DNA of 64,000 nucleotides, from positions 80,051-144,050 of the forward strand of contig NZ_JBLYZJ010000006.1 of the NCBI RefSeq assembly GCF_048551375.1, in the 5' to 3' direction. The position numbers and the translations under genes are program-made. The stretch is from Moraxella sp. TY6 (GTDB taxonomy: Bacteria > Pseudomonadota > Gammaproteobacteria > Pseudomonadales > Moraxellaceae). This document shows positions 11,464 to 22,118 of this stretch, one piece after another; positions within the stretch are counted from its first letter, which is position 1; each line of letters begins with the position of its first letter. Below the pieces are notes generated by a model, which saw nothing but the letters and a program-made list of their open reading frames with translations, had not been told where the DNA came from and made no database searches.

Positions 11464-11585
11464 TCCCCCTCTTGCGGAATATATTCCTCACCTTTAAAAA
11501 AGGGGGACTTTGCCCTTGAATTAGATTGATATATAGGACAAAGCCCCCTCTTTCGTAAAGAGGGGGTTGGGGGAGATTCAAGGAA
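11464..11585. repeat. ~120-bp repeat, family 3
   Basis: cccctcttgcggaatatattcctcaccttt..agggggactt..ccccctctttcgtaaagagggggttgggggagatt; second copy at 56928-57050, half copy at 36599-36637. Confidence 0.8.
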
Positions 11586-11645
11586 AATGGTTAATAACAC
11601 TATTTTATACTAAGTAATGAAACAAAATTAAATACCAATACTTTT

Positions 11646-11720
11646 AACCCCTCCCCAGCCCTCCCCTTGTCAGGGGAGGGAGCAGTTCTCCCCCTGCTAA
11701 GGGGGAGTTAGAGGGGGTAA
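11646..11720. repeat. C/G-tract hairpin repeat, family 4, inverted copy
   Basis: reverse complement of 7430-7500 with a few mismatches. Confidence 0.7.
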
Positions 11721-11745
11721 AATTATAAAATTAAAGGAAAATATC

Positions 11746-12756
11746 ATGTCATTTAATCTACATAATCATAGCCTATTAAGCCTTGTTCATCATTCATCTC
11801 GTGATTTACGTTTTTTGCTTGATTTATCTCGTGACCTAAAACGTGCCAAATACAGCGGTACTGAGCAACAACGCCTAAAAGGCAAAAACATCGCCCTTAT
11901 TTTTGAAAAAACCTCAACTCGTACTCGTTGTGCTTTTGAAGTCGCTGCTTATGACCAAGGGGCAAACGTTACCTATATCGACCCAACCTCATCACAAATC
12001 GGTCACAAAGAATCCATGAAAGACACCGCTCGTGTATTGGGTCGTATGTATGATGCCATCGAATACCGTGGCTTTCGCCAAGAGTTGGTGCTTGACCTTG
12101 ACAAATATGCAGGCGTACCAATTTTTAACGGTTTGACCGATGAATTCCACCCAACCCAAATGTTGGCTGACGTACTTACCATGCTAGAAAATAGCGACAA
12201 ACCGCTACACGACATCAGCTATGTGTATGTGGGTGATGCTCGTAATAACATGGGTAACTCATTGCTATTGGTGGGGGCGAAACTGGGTATGGACGTGCGA
12301 ATTTGTGCCCCAAAAGCCCTACACCCTAGTGAAGATTTGGTCAAAATGTGCCAAGAATTTGCCGAACAAAGCGGTGCAAGAATCACCATCACTGATGACA
12401 TCAAACAAGCCGTGAATGGCGTGGACTTTATCCACACTGACGTTTGGGTATCCATGGGTGAGCCTATCGAATCATGGGGCGAGCGTATCGACATCTTGAT
12501 GCCTTATCAAGTCAACATGGACATGATGAAATTGGCAAACAATCCTCGTGTCAAATTCATGCACTGCTTGCCTGCATTCCACAACAGCGAAACCAAAGTC
12601 GGCAAACAAATCGCAGAACAATACCCAGCCCTTGCCAATGGTATCGAAGTGACCGAAGAAGTCTTTGAATCACCATACAACATCGCCTTTGAACAAGCTG
12701 AAAACCGTATGCACACCATCAAAGCTGTCATGGTATCAGCATTGGGTGGATTATAA
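11746..12756 (+). CDS. arcB: ornithine carbamoyltransferase (catabolic)
   Basis: 336 aa; STRTRCAFE and HCLPAFH motifs. Confidence 0.95.
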   Translation: MSFNLHNHSLLSLVHHSSRDLRFLLDLSRDLKRAKYSGTEQQRLKGKNIALIFEKTSTRTRCAFEVAAYDQGANVTYIDPTSSQIGHKESMKDTARVLGRMYDAIEYRGFRQELVLDLDKYAGVPIFNGLTDEFHPTQMLADVLTMLENSDKPLHDISYVYVGDARNNMGNSLLLVGAKLGMDVRICAPKALHPSEDLVKMCQEFAEQSGARITITDDIKQAVNGVDFIHTDVWVSMGEPIESWGERIDILMPYQVNMDMMKLANNPRVKFMHCLPAFHNSETKVGKQIAEQYPALANGIEVTEEVFESPYNIAFEQAENRMHTIKAVMVSALGGL

Positions 12757-12765
12757 TCGTCAATT

Positions 12766-12817
12766 TTAGATAGACGTAGGGTGCGTTCAACGCACCTTTA
12801 TAAATCAATCGCTTAAC
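12766..12817. repeat. paired palindromic hairpins after arcB (REP-like; may act as attenuator or terminator)
   Basis: gtagggtgcgttcaacgcacc..gcttaacgcatcctac. Confidence 0.5.
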
Positions 12818-12871
12818 GCATCCTACGAATTCAAAAATATTGTGTGTATAAAAAATTAAAAGGAAATCACC

Positions 12872-13801
12872 ATGCGTATTGTTGTTGCTTTAGGTGGTAA
12901 TGCCCTACTACGGCGAGGTGAAGCACTCAGTGCCTCTAATCAACGTGAAAACGTGCGAATCGCCGCCAATCAAATCGCCAAAATTTATCCCAATAATCAA
13001 CTGGTTATCGCTCACGGTAATGGGCCTCAAGTTGGACTATTGGCACTGCAAGGGGCGGCTTACGAAAAAGTCGAAACCTACCCACTTGACGTGCTAGGGG
13101 CAGAAACCGAAGGTATGATTGGCTACATGATTGAGCAAGAAATGGGCAATCTACTACCTCAAGAAGTGCCACTTGCCACCATCTTGACCCAAGTCGAAGT
13201 CGATAGCCAAGACCCAGCGTTTCAGCGTCCGACCAAACCGATTGGACCTGTGTACGACAAAGACGAAGCCGAACGCCTTGCGACAGAAAAAAACTGGACG
13301 ATTGCCCCAGATGGCGATAAATTCCGCCGTGTGGTGGCTAGCCCACGCCCAAAACGTATCTTTGAAATCCGCCCTGTTAAATGGCTGTTGGACAATGGTA
13401 CAGTGGTGATTTGTGCAGGCGGTGGTGGTATTCCAACCTATTATGACCAAGCAGGTCATCTCACTGGTGTGGAGGCGGTCATTGACAAAGACCTGTGTTC
13501 TGCCCTACTCGCCCAAGAGCTAGAAGCGGATTTATTGGTCATTGCCACCGATGTCGATGCCACTTATATTGACTTCAAACAACCCACCCAAAAAGCCATC
13601 GCCCAAGCCAATCCAGCGGACTTAGAAGCCATGAATTTCCCAGATGGGTCGATGGGTCCAAAAATCCAAGCTGCTTGTGAATTTGCTCGTAACACAGGTA
13701 AAGTGGCGGTAATTGGCTCACTTGCCAATATTGAAGCGATTGTACAAGGCACATCAGGTACTCGTATCAGCACCGAATATCAAGGCGTACAGTATTGTTA
13801 A
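12872..13801 (+). CDS. arcC: carbamate kinase
   Basis: 309 aa; [13 protein letters not shown] start and GGGGIP motif. Confidence 0.95.
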   Translation: MRIVVALGGNALLRRGEALSASNQRENVRIAANQIAKIYPNNQLVIAHGNGPQVGLLALQGAAYEKVETYPLDVLGAETEGMIGYMIEQEMGNLLPQEVPLATILTQVEVDSQDPAFQRPTKPIGPVYDKDEAERLATEKNWTIAPDGDKFRRVVASPRPKRIFEIRPVKWLLDNGTVVICAGGGGIPTYYDQAGHLTGVEAVIDKDLCSALLAQELEADLLVIATDVDATYIDFKQPTQKAIAQANPADLEAMNFPDGSMGPKIQAACEFARNTGKVAVIGSLANIEAIVQGTSGTRISTEYQGVQYC

Positions 13802-13963
13802 CAAATATTCTGACGATGTTTTCGTTAAAGATTGCCTCAAATATTATCGACCAAAATATCGCTAATCCATAAAAGCGTATCAAAACTTTTATTATGTTAT
13901 TGTCAATTATCTTGATTGGCGATATTATCGTTAACTTTATTATGAATCTCTGAAGGCACTAAA

Positions 13964-14515
13964 ATGTCAAACGCCACTTTACCCCCACCCATTACTTCCC
14001 CACAAGGTCAAGACCCAGATTTTAAACCTAAGGTCGGCATCATCATGGGGTCACAGTCCGACTGGGATACCATGCAACACACCGCCCAACTGCTAGCCGA
14101 ATTTGGCGTGCCATTCGAGTGCGAAGTGGTATCGGCTCATCGCACGCCAGACCGCCTATTTGAGTATGCCAAAACCGCCAAAGCTCGTGGGCTAAATATC
14201 ATCATCGCAGGGGCAGGCGGGGCGGCTCATCTTCCGGGGATGTGTGCCAGTCAGACGGATTTGCCTGTGCTGGGTGTGCCTGTGAAATCGTCAATGTTAA
14301 GCGGTTGGGATAGCTTGCTGTCCATCGTGCAAATGCCAAAAGGTGTGGCAGTGGGAACGCTTGCCATCGGTACGGCAGGGGCGTTCAACGCAGGCTTGCT
14401 TGCGGTGCAGATGCTCGCAATTAGCGATGAAGCTTTGGCAAAACAAGTCAGCGATTTCCGTGCTAAACAAACCCAAAGTATTTTGGATAATCCAACGCCA
14501 GGTGTGATGAACTAG
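13964..14515 (+). CDS. purE: N5-carboxyaminoimidazole ribonucleotide mutase
   Basis: [29 protein letters not shown] typical of PurE. Confidence 0.9.
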   Translation: MSNATLPPPITSPQGQDPDFKPKVGIIMGSQSDWDTMQHTAQLLAEFGVPFECEVVSAHRTPDRLFEYAKTAKARGLNIIIAGAGGAAHLPGMCASQTDLPVLGVPVKSSMLSGWDSLLSIVQMPKGVAVGTLAIGTAGAFNAGLLAVQMLAISDEALAKQVSDFRAKQTQSILDNPTPGVMN

Positions 14516-14533
14516 CAGATTAAAGGGGATTTT

Positions 14534-15166
14534 ATGCAAAGCGTCTTGGATAATCTACTCAATCAGCTTGCTATACCACCGCATAAAATCTCTGACTGTT
14601 GGCACAATCTGACCCAACATTATGATGAACTTCACCGCCATTATCACAATCTCACCCATATCCAAGCCTTGCTCAGTCACTTTGAACGGATAAAACCGCA
14701 ACTGGCACAGCCGAGCGTTGTACTATTGGCGATTTTTTATCACGATGTGATTTATCAAACCCAAGGTAAAAATCCCAGTAGTAATGAACGCCAAAGTGCG
14801 GATTTTTTTATCCATGAATTAGGCGAATGTTTGCCAAACGATGTCGTTAATCGTGTGGTGGATTTTATCATGGCTACCGAAAAACACGAAATGGCGGATA
14901 AAACCGATAGCGATATGGCGTATTTTTTGGATATGGATTTGAGTATTTTGGGGCAAAGTGAGGCGATTTATCAAGCTTACGCCCAAGCGATTCGCCTTGA
15001 ATATCAACACGTTCCGAAGTTTTTGTATAATTTTAGCCGTAAAAAAGCGTTAAAGCATTTTTTGAATAGAGAACGGTTGTATTTTACGGATGATTTTGTT
15101 GAAAAATTTGAAGGGCAGGCGAGAGAAAATATTGCCAATGAAATCAATCAGCTAAAATTATGGTAA
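14534..15166 (+). CDS. HD-superfamily-like hypothetical protein (COG4339-like)
   Basis: 210 aa with HNLTHI...FYHDVIY (H..HD pattern). Confidence 0.4.
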   Translation: MQSVLDNLLNQLAIPPHKISDCWHNLTQHYDELHRHYHNLTHIQALLSHFERIKPQLAQPSVVLLAIFYHDVIYQTQGKNPSSNERQSADFFIHELGECLPNDVVNRVVDFIMATEKHEMADKTDSDMAYFLDMDLSILGQSEAIYQAYAQAIRLEYQHVPKFLYNFSRKKALKHFLNRERLYFTDDFVEKFEGQARENIANEINQLKLW

Positions 15167-15182
15167 TCACTTTTTCAATTCA

Positions 15183-15875
15183 TTATTGAAAAGTAGTAAT
15201 CAGCCAGTTTTTAAAATTTTGGTAAATGATGTTGTCTTGATTCACCAAGTTAAGGGCTTTTGAAATATCTTGCGTTGGTTTGCTTTGGGTTGCAAGCCAA
15301 GTATAAACCTTTGCTTTATCAAAGGCTTGCGGTTTAAAATGCTCTTTATCAAAACTTTCTATAAACTGCTCAATCTGTTGCCATTGGGTCAGTTGGTTTG
15401 GATTTAAGGTAAGTTTTAACCACGTTTCAAGATAGCCCTCATCTTGATTGTTTGGCATGAGCCATACGCCAATTGGGTTAAAATCAATATGTTCAAAGAC
15501 TAAGCCATGACTGGGTTCAACTGGCTGTCGTAAGCGAAAACCATATTGCTCACATACGTCACTCAACTGGTCGATATTTTGCTGTTGAATCGTGCGTTTT
15601 GGGGATTGGTGAAAATCCATGTCCATCAATGCCCCAATATGCGTATAGCGACCTTGAGGCAAGTCTTCAATCGCATAACCCAAAACATTCATAATGCCCT
15701 GTTTGCTGTTTTGGATTCTGACAGCCGTGTTAGGGGTCGTGAGTGCCAATTCCGCAGGCAAAACGACTTGAATATTCAGCGATAAGTTTAGCTGTTCAAA
15801 CTGCAAAAACTGCTCAATAAAGTGTTTATCACCATAGCCTTCTACCAATAAAAGCTTGTTGCTAGTGTTTTTCAT
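15183..15875 (-). CDS. TOPRIM-like (DUF4435/OLD-type) protein, AriB-like partner of the upstream ATPase
   Basis: 230 aa; N-terminal KLLLVEGYGDKHF resembles the OLD/DUF4435 TOPRIM motif; start ATG overlaps the upstream stop (TAATG). Confidence 0.45.
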   Translation of the reverse strand: MKNTSNKLLLVEGYGDKHFIEQFLQFEQLNLSLNIQVVLPAELALTTPNTAVRIQNSKQGIMNVLGYAIEDLPQGRYTHIGALMDMDFHQSPKRTIQQQNIDQLSDVCEQYGFRLRQPVEPSHGLVFEHIDFNPIGVWLMPNNQDEGYLETWLKLTLNPNQLTQWQQIEQFIESFDKEHFKPQAFDKAKVYTWLATQSKPTQDISKALNLVNQDNIIYQNFKNWLITTFQ

Positions 15876-16978
15876 TAGCGTACTTCCATTTGTATTTTGG
15901 TGAGGTGATACAGTTTTTCTTCATCAAATACAGTGGCGATAAGTTTGCCATTGTCTGATTTGCGGACGCTGTGACCCATACGAAATAGTACGCCGTCCAT
16001 GTCGGTGCGTTCTTTGGCGATTTGAGCGAAGCTTTCGATAGTGTCCCAACTGTGGGTGGTGGCGAATACTTGGATGTTAAAGCGGTGGGCGAGTTCAAAG
16101 ATTAGTCGCCATACTTCGGGTTGTACACTGTAATGTAAGCCGTTTTCAAATTCATCTATTAATAAAAAACCATTGCGAGAATTTATTACCTTAAAAATAA
16201 TTTGCAAAAGTCTAAATATTCCATCCCCCATACTATGTAAAGGAATTCTATTTTCTACTCCCTTTAAACGAACAAAAGGAACTCGAAAATTCGTATTAGT
16301 ATCAGTTAGAAATGCTATATTTTGAATATTTTCGTCAATTAATTGAAGCATTTTAACAACTAAATCTTCCTCATTTGTTAAGGCTATTTGCTCCCATTCG
16401 GTTGCTAAAGTTTCAATGTTAATAGAACCTGTATCAACAAATTGATATTTAGGAAATGGTGGGTAATCAATACCGCTAACACCTGTGACTAAACCACTAT
16501 TTATTAGCTTAAAGCTACTACGAATCATTAAGTCGTTACTAGGGAATTGATTTTTCAAGGTAAAGTAATTATCTGATTCATTAATGTATTTTGAAGAATC
16601 TAAAAAGCCAATATAACGATTTTGAGCATAACCTACTTGTAAATAAAAACTTTTACTACCAATATCAATAACATTTTGAGAAGAATCTTCACCTCTAGTC
16701 AGTAAATTTAGAAAAAGCTTTTCATCAAATTTTGGCTGAATTGTTTCAGTTTGCTCTGATTCTATTTTTAAAACACCATGTCTATTTACATTTCTGTTAT
16801 CAACCAGCTTTTGAACCGTTTTAAGGTCAAAACCACTCGCTAACAAAGCCAACGCCTCAAGGACGGTACTTTTTCCTGAATTATTTTTCCCCACAATCAA
16901 ATTCACATGACCCAATTTCTCAATCGTCACATCTTCCAAAATCCGAAAGTTTTTAATCGTCAAAGAATCTAAGTGCAT
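15875..16978 (-). CDS. ABC-type AAA_21/AAA_15 ATPase, AriA-like
   Basis: 367 aa; Walker A GKNNSGKST near the N-terminus, C-terminal LLIDEFENGLH / ATTHS; AT-rich central segment. Confidence 0.6.
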   Translation of the reverse strand: MHLDSLTIKNFRILEDVTIEKLGHVNLIVGKNNSGKSTVLEALALLASGFDLKTVQKLVDNRNVNRHGVLKIESEQTETIQPKFDEKLFLNLLTRGEDSSQNVIDIGSKSFYLQVGYAQNRYIGFLDSSKYINESDNYFTLKNQFPSNDLMIRSSFKLINSGLVTGVSGIDYPPFPKYQFVDTGSINIETLATEWEQIALTNEEDLVVKMLQLIDENIQNIAFLTDTNTNFRVPFVRLKGVENRIPLHSMGDGIFRLLQIIFKVINSRNGFLLIDEFENGLHYSVQPEVWRLIFELAHRFNIQVFATTHSWDTIESFAQIAKERTDMDGVLFRMGHSVRKSDNGKLIATVFDEEKLYHLTKIQMEVR

Positions 16979-17098
16979 AGCGATACCATTTATTTGAATT
17001 TATGGATAAAAAACCATTACCGTATCTTACCCATAAACTGAGCAACTTTCCACCCAGTTCAACGAACAATTACCTCAAAAAACTCATATAGCCATTCA

Positions 17099-18166
17099 CT
17101 AACCAAACTGCCCAAACTGCTTTGCCACTTGCTGTTGGTAGCCCTGCCAAACGTTGGACTGACTAGCCGTATCCACAAGCGACCCTTGCCAACGAGGAAT
17201 CACTGCCTGCATACGGTTAAGGCGGATTTGACTACTCGCCACCATCCGCTCATGCTGTAGCCGTTCAAACGCCACCAATGCCGATTCCCTATCGTTACAC
17301 ACCAGCCCCATATCACAGCCTGCCTTGAGTGCCGACATCAGTCTATCGCCTGCATCCCCTGCGACATGGGCGGCCTTCATCGACAAATCGTCCGAAAACA
17401 CCACCCCATCAAACCCCAACTGCTCACGAATGATGCCTTGCACCCATTTTGGCGAAAAACCTGCTGGTTTATCATCGATTTGGGTAAACACCACATGAGC
17501 AGGCATCAACGCATCCAATAACGACAAATTCCGCATAAAGGGTTGCATATCTTGTTGATAAATCTCATCAAAACTGCGGTCATCATGGGCATCAGCATGG
17601 TGCGAATCGGGTGCAACCGAGCCATGTCCGGGGAAATGCTTACCTGTGGTCGCCATGCCTGCGGATTTCATGCCACGCATAAACTCGGCTGACAAGGCAG
17701 TGATGGCAGTTGGGTGAGCATGAAACGCCCTGTCGCCAATTACCGCACTCACACCATTGACATCTAGCACAGGGGCAAAGCTAAAATCCACGCCCACGGC
17801 TAGCACTTCGGTTGCCATGACATAGCCACTGGCAAAGGCAAGCTCTAGGGCATTAATGGGGTTGGTGTCGAACAATTCACCCAGCTTTCCCATCGGTGGA
17901 ATGGGTGAAAAGCCTTGGCGAAAGCGAGCCACTCGTCCGCCCTCTTGGTCAACGGCAATCAAGATATTGGGATTGACGGCTCGAATGCTGTCGGTAAGCT
18001 CTCGGACTTGGGTCGGTGATTCGACATTGCGTCCGAATAGGATAACGCCACCGACATGAGGGTCGGCGAGGAGTTGTTGGTCTTCGGTGGTGAGGGTCGT
18101 GCCTGCTACATCTAGCATGAGTTGACCGATTTTTGGGGTTGAATGGGTTGTCATTGTGTTTTCCAA
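17099..18166 (-). CDS. nagZ: beta-N-acetylhexosaminidase (GH3)
   Basis: 355 aa; GH3 N-domain motifs (LIAVDQEGGRV, KHFPGHG). Confidence 0.85.
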   Translation of the reverse strand: MENTMTTHSTPKIGQLMLDVAGTTLTTEDQQLLADPHVGGVILFGRNVESPTQVRELTDSIRAVNPNILIAVDQEGGRVARFRQGFSPIPPMGKLGELFDTNPINALELAFASGYVMATEVLAVGVDFSFAPVLDVNGVSAVIGDRAFHAHPTAITALSAEFMRGMKSAGMATTGKHFPGHGSVAPDSHHADAHDDRSFDEIYQQDMQPFMRNLSLLDALMPAHVVFTQIDDKPAGFSPKWVQGIIREQLGFDGVVFSDDLSMKAAHVAGDAGDRLMSALKAGCDMGLVCNDRESALVAFERLQHERMVASSQIRLNRMQAVIPRWQGSLVDTASQSNVWQGYQQQVAKQFGQFG

Positions 18167-18211
18167 AGCTTACGATAAATTGGTTTATTTTACGCCAAAC
18201 GATGACCAAAA

Positions 18212-19081
18212 TCACTGCCGATTTAGTCGAGTCGGTTTCGGTAAAAGTGCCAAATCACTCACTCGACATGGATTGATGTCAATACCGCCTCGCCGTGTGT
18301 ACCACGCACGTACCATCAGATTTTTGGGCGAAAAGGCTTGTGTCAAATCACTAAAAATCTGCTCAACACACTGCTCGTGAAAGCCATTATGCTGACGGAA
18401 AGTCAAAATATACTCAAGCAAACTTGCCTTATCAATCGGCAAACTATCTATCACAATTTCCACCGTTCCCCAGTCTGGTTGATTGGTCACAGGACAGTTT
18501 GAACGCAGTAAATGCGAATGGAAAATTTGAGGTTGGCTCGCTGTTTCAGCAGTTTTGGCAAAGGCTAAACATGAATTATCAACGTCTTGGCTAATCGCAA
18601 TTTTTTTATTCCCATTAAATAAACAGTTGTCTAACGCATTGTCGATACATTCACCTTGCGGTTCGCTAATCGGTAGGCTTTGGGTGGTTTTAACGTCAAA
18701 AATATCAATCGTCACTTTGGCTTGTACGCAGGCTGATAGGTCGGTTTCAACGGTGTTTTTAACTGCTTGTTGATTGTCAAACTCGGTAAAATTTAGGCTG
18801 TTAAAGTAGAGTTTTAGCGATTTTGATTCGACAATATTGGGCGAAGTGGCAGGAATGGCAAGGCGAGCCATAGCGACTTGCGAAATGCCTTGTGGGTTGA
18901 GCCAAGACACTTCAAAGGCGTGCCACCAGTCCATACCAATACTTAAATTTTCGGCAGGTAGGGCGAGTTTGGCTCTGCCCAGTTCTCGTGGAATGGGGTA
19001 GAGAACTTGGGGGCTGTAGGTTTTTGGGTAATCGGTGCTTTGACCGAGTTTGGAATTTTCTGGGGTGTGATTAATATTCAT
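18212..19081 (-). CDS. queF: NADPH-dependent 7-cyano-7-deazaguanine reductase (single-chain type II)
   Basis: 289 aa; VESKSLKLYFNSL QueF motif. Confidence 0.8.
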   Translation of the reverse strand: MNINHTPENSKLGQSTDYPKTYSPQVLYPIPRELGRAKLALPAENLSIGMDWWHAFEVSWLNPQGISQVAMARLAIPATSPNIVESKSLKLYFNSLNFTEFDNQQAVKNTVETDLSACVQAKVTIDIFDVKTTQSLPISEPQGECIDNALDNCLFNGNKKIAISQDVDNSCLAFAKTAETASQPQIFHSHLLRSNCPVTNQPDWGTVEIVIDSLPIDKASLLEYILTFRQHNGFHEQCVEQIFSDLTQAFSPKNLMVRAWYTRRGGIDINPCRVSDLALLPKPTRLNRQ

Positions 19082-19096
19082 GTTTTGTCTTATTGG

Positions 19097-19429
19097 TTAA
19101 AAGTTATGTTCTTCCGAATTTAAGCTTAATTCAAATGTTTTACCGTTTTGTTCGGGTTGCCAGCCTTTTTCTAACGCAATTTCAATAGCTTGGGCGACTA
19201 ATTTTGGAGTAATGACTAAAGTTTCAAGATTATCAGCCCAAGAGCCAAAATGTCCAAAACCATCTAACATAACGTGTAATACGCAATTGCCATTTTCTTG
19301 TTTTTCAACAGCAAAGTTTAAACCGTCACCAGACATTAAATTCCAGTAGTCAGTTTTATGGCGAACTCGCCAACGATATTCAACATCATTAACAACAATT
19401 TTCCGAGAGCCTTTTTTTGGGATTGACAT
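19097..19429 (-). CDS. hypothetical protein
   Basis: 110-aa ORF, stop/start adjacent to neighbouring genes. Confidence 0.35.
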   Translation of the reverse strand: MSIPKKGSRKIVVNDVEYRWRVRHKTDYWNLMSGDGLNFAVEKQENGNCVLHVMLDGFGHFGSWADNLETLVITPKLVAQAIEIALEKGWQPEQNGKTFELSLNSEEHNF

Positions 19430-19430
19430 T

Positions 19431-20204
19431 TTATAGCCTTACTCTCGACCCATCTTTTAGCAAATAATACGCAATTGCATAAAAAATCCCTGTAAAAATC
19501 CCAATCGCCACCAACGACCCCCACACATTGACATCCGAATGCCCCAAAATCCCATAGCGAAACGCATTCACCATATACACAATCGGATTAATCAAGCTGA
19601 CATTTTGCCAAAACTCGGGCAAATCCTTGAGCGAATAAAACACCCCACCCAAATAGGTCAATGGGGTCAGCACAAAACTCGGCACAATCGAAATATCATC
19701 AAACGAGCGAGCAAACACCGCATTAATCATACCGCCAAGCGAAAATAGGGCAGAAGTCATCACCACGGTAAACACGGTGACAAACGCATGAACCAACGTC
19801 AGTTTGGTAAAAAATAACGCCAACAGCGTGACAATCAAACCAATCGCCAAACCACGAAATAGCCCACCTGCGATAAAACCCAATAAAATCGTGTGTTTAG
19901 AAATCGGACTGACGAGCATCTCTTCGATATTGCCATGAAACTTCGTCCCAAAAAAACTCGATACCACGTTGGAGTAGCTATTGGTAATCACCGCCATCAT
20001 AATCAACCCCGGTACGATAAACTGCATATACGGCACACCGCCCATGTCGCCCACTCGTGAGCCAATCATTTTACCAAAAATGATAAAATATAAGCTCATG
20101 GTAATGGCAGGGGGCAGTAGGGTTTGAGGCCAAATGCGTAAAATTCGGCGGATTTCTTTAATCGTCAGCGTGGTAAAGGCGACCCATTGTTTTTGAAAAT
20201 TCAT
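19431..20204 (-). CDS. ABC-2 family exporter permease
   Basis: 257 aa, 6 TM segments; 0-bp gap to the ATPase gene. Confidence 0.8.
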   Translation of the reverse strand: MNFQKQWVAFTTLTIKEIRRILRIWPQTLLPPAITMSLYFIIFGKMIGSRVGDMGGVPYMQFIVPGLIMMAVITNSYSNVVSSFFGTKFHGNIEEMLVSPISKHTILLGFIAGGLFRGLAIGLIVTLLALFFTKLTLVHAFVTVFTVVMTSALFSLGGMINAVFARSFDDISIVPSFVLTPLTYLGGVFYSLKDLPEFWQNVSLINPIVYMVNAFRYGILGHSDVNVWGSLVAIGIFTGIFYAIAYYLLKDGSRVRL

Positions 20205-21164
20205 TTAATTCCCCAGTTTTTCTGTCAGATTTTTATCCACCACACTCAAAAACAACTCTTCCAAGCGATTGGACTTATTCCGCATACTGGCAATTTGCAC
20301 ATTTTGGGCGGTAAGCTGGGCAAATACATTGTTCAAACTTTCCCCTTTATTCAGCGTCACCTCAAGGCTTGATGGGTCTGGCTGATAAGACTTGATAACC
20401 TTGTTAAGCACAATCGGCTCATGCACAGGTTGGCTCAAATCCAGCACAAAAGTTTCCACATCAAGGCTTGCCAACAGGCTTTTCATATCGGTGTTAATCC
20501 GAATCTCGCCCTTGTCCAAAATCGCAATGTGCTTACACAACTGCTCGGCTTCCTCAAGATAATGGGTCGTCAAAATGATGGTCGTACCTTCTTCCGTATT
20601 GATTTGTTGCATAAACTCCCACATCGAACGGCGAAGTTCAATATCCACCCCTGCGGTCGGTTCATCAAGAATCAATAATTTTGGCTTATGAATCAATGCT
20701 CTAGCAATCATCAAACGGCGTTTCATCCCACCTGATAGCATACGTGCTTTATTGGCACGTTTTTCCCATAGTCCCAATGCTTTCAGCAGTTTTTCCGCCC
20801 TTGGTCTGGCTTCCTTAGCAGGGATACCAAAATAGCCTGCTTGGGTAATCAGAATATCTTCGACATTTTCAAACTGCATAAAGTTAAATTCTTGGGGAAC
20901 AACGCCCAAAAACTCTTTGGCTTTGGCAGGATTTTTTAACAAATCAATGCCAAAAATCGACACCGAGCCACTAGACGGCTTGAACAATGAACTGATAATG
21001 CCGATGGTGGTGGATTTACCTGCTCCGTTTGCCCCCAGCAAGGCAAAAAATCCGCCTTGTGGCACGGTCAGGTCTATGCCTTTAAGGGCGGTAAAACCGT
21101 TGGTGTAGGTTTTGGTTAAGCCTTTGATTTGTAGGGCTGGCGTGTTTGCATTAAGTTCATTCAT
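20205..21164 (-). CDS. ABC transporter ATP-binding protein
   Basis: Walker A GANGAGKST, signature LSGGMKRR, Walker B LLILDE. Confidence 0.9.
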   Translation of the reverse strand: MNELNANTPALQIKGLTKTYTNGFTALKGIDLTVPQGGFFALLGANGAGKSTTIGIISSLFKPSSGSVSIFGIDLLKNPAKAKEFLGVVPQEFNFMQFENVEDILITQAGYFGIPAKEARPRAEKLLKALGLWEKRANKARMLSGGMKRRLMIARALIHKPKLLILDEPTAGVDIELRRSMWEFMQQINTEEGTTIILTTHYLEEAEQLCKHIAILDKGEIRINTDMKSLLASLDVETFVLDLSQPVHEPIVLNKVIKSYQPDPSSLEVTLNKGESLNNVFAQLTAQNVQIASMRNKSNRLEELFLSVVDKNLTEKLGN

Positions 21165-21299
21165 TTTTTAATCGTATCTAAATATAAACAGTAGGCTATT
21201 AATAGTGACTAAACATGAAAATTAAAGCCAAATTATACACCCAAAAACAAAAACAGCCCATAAAAATGGACTGTTTTATCAAACGCTAAATTGTCGGAA

Positions 21300-21911
21300 T
21301 TATTTGGCACTATTAACCATATAGTCAACGGCATTGGTAACTTCGACATCTAACAGGTCAGTTTTACCACCTTTGGCAGGCATGGCGTTAAAGCCTTGTA
21401 AAGCATGTTGGTGCAGTGTGGCTGTGCCTTTACCAATACGAGCTGACCAGTCGCCTTTGTTGCCATATTTTGGAGCACCTAACAAACCTGCACCATGACA
21501 AGTTTGGCAAACGCCCTCATAAATCATTTTGCCTTCACGAGGGTTATTTGGGTCGGCTGGGCCTAAAGTAGCGGCGATAGTGATATCACACTCTTGACCT
21601 TCAAAACATACCTTGCCTTGTGGGGCGATACGAGCAATCAGATTAGGGTACAATGCCACTAATTTTGCGGTTTGAGGTGGGTCTTGAGGGATTTTTGGCT
21701 CTTCTTTTTTTGGGGCAGAAGCAGGAGCAGATGCCACACTTGCCACAGGTGCAGAAGCAGTCGCACTGGCTGAACTGGCGGTCGTGGTTGTGACAGTGGT
21801 GGTCGTGGTTGTGGTGGTTGATGCAACCACGGTTTCATTAGCGGCTTGGCTGACAGCGATACCTGCTACACTAAGCAAGCTGACCGCTGATAACATAACT
21901 ACTTTTTTCAT
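21300..21911 (-). CDS. c-type cytochrome (c4/c5-like) with Thr/Ala/Ser-rich linker
   Basis: signal peptide, TTTTTTTTVTTTT..SASATASAP linker, single CQTCHG heme motif. Confidence 0.7.
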   Translation of the reverse strand: MKKVVMLSAVSLLSVAGIAVSQAANETVVASTTTTTTTTVTTTTASSASATASAPVASVASAPASAPKKEEPKIPQDPPQTAKLVALYPNLIARIAPQGKVCFEGQECDITIAATLGPADPNNPREGKMIYEGVCQTCHGAGLLGAPKYGNKGDWSARIGKGTATLHQHALQGFNAMPAKGGKTDLLDVEVTNAVDYMVNSAK

Positions 21912-22118
21912 TCGTCACGTTCTCTCAAAATAGGTGAAATAGGTTATCGATTCACTTTTAACAATAACGAGAATATCAATTATGCTGTATTGTATCAGTT
22001 TGTGCGATAAAAGTTACACAGATTCATTTTCCTTACTATTATAAGGGAAAATCACACAAAAAAGCTATGGTTATTTATCACCAGTCGCAGGCTTTGCCAA
22101 ATCCATTGATTTAACTTA

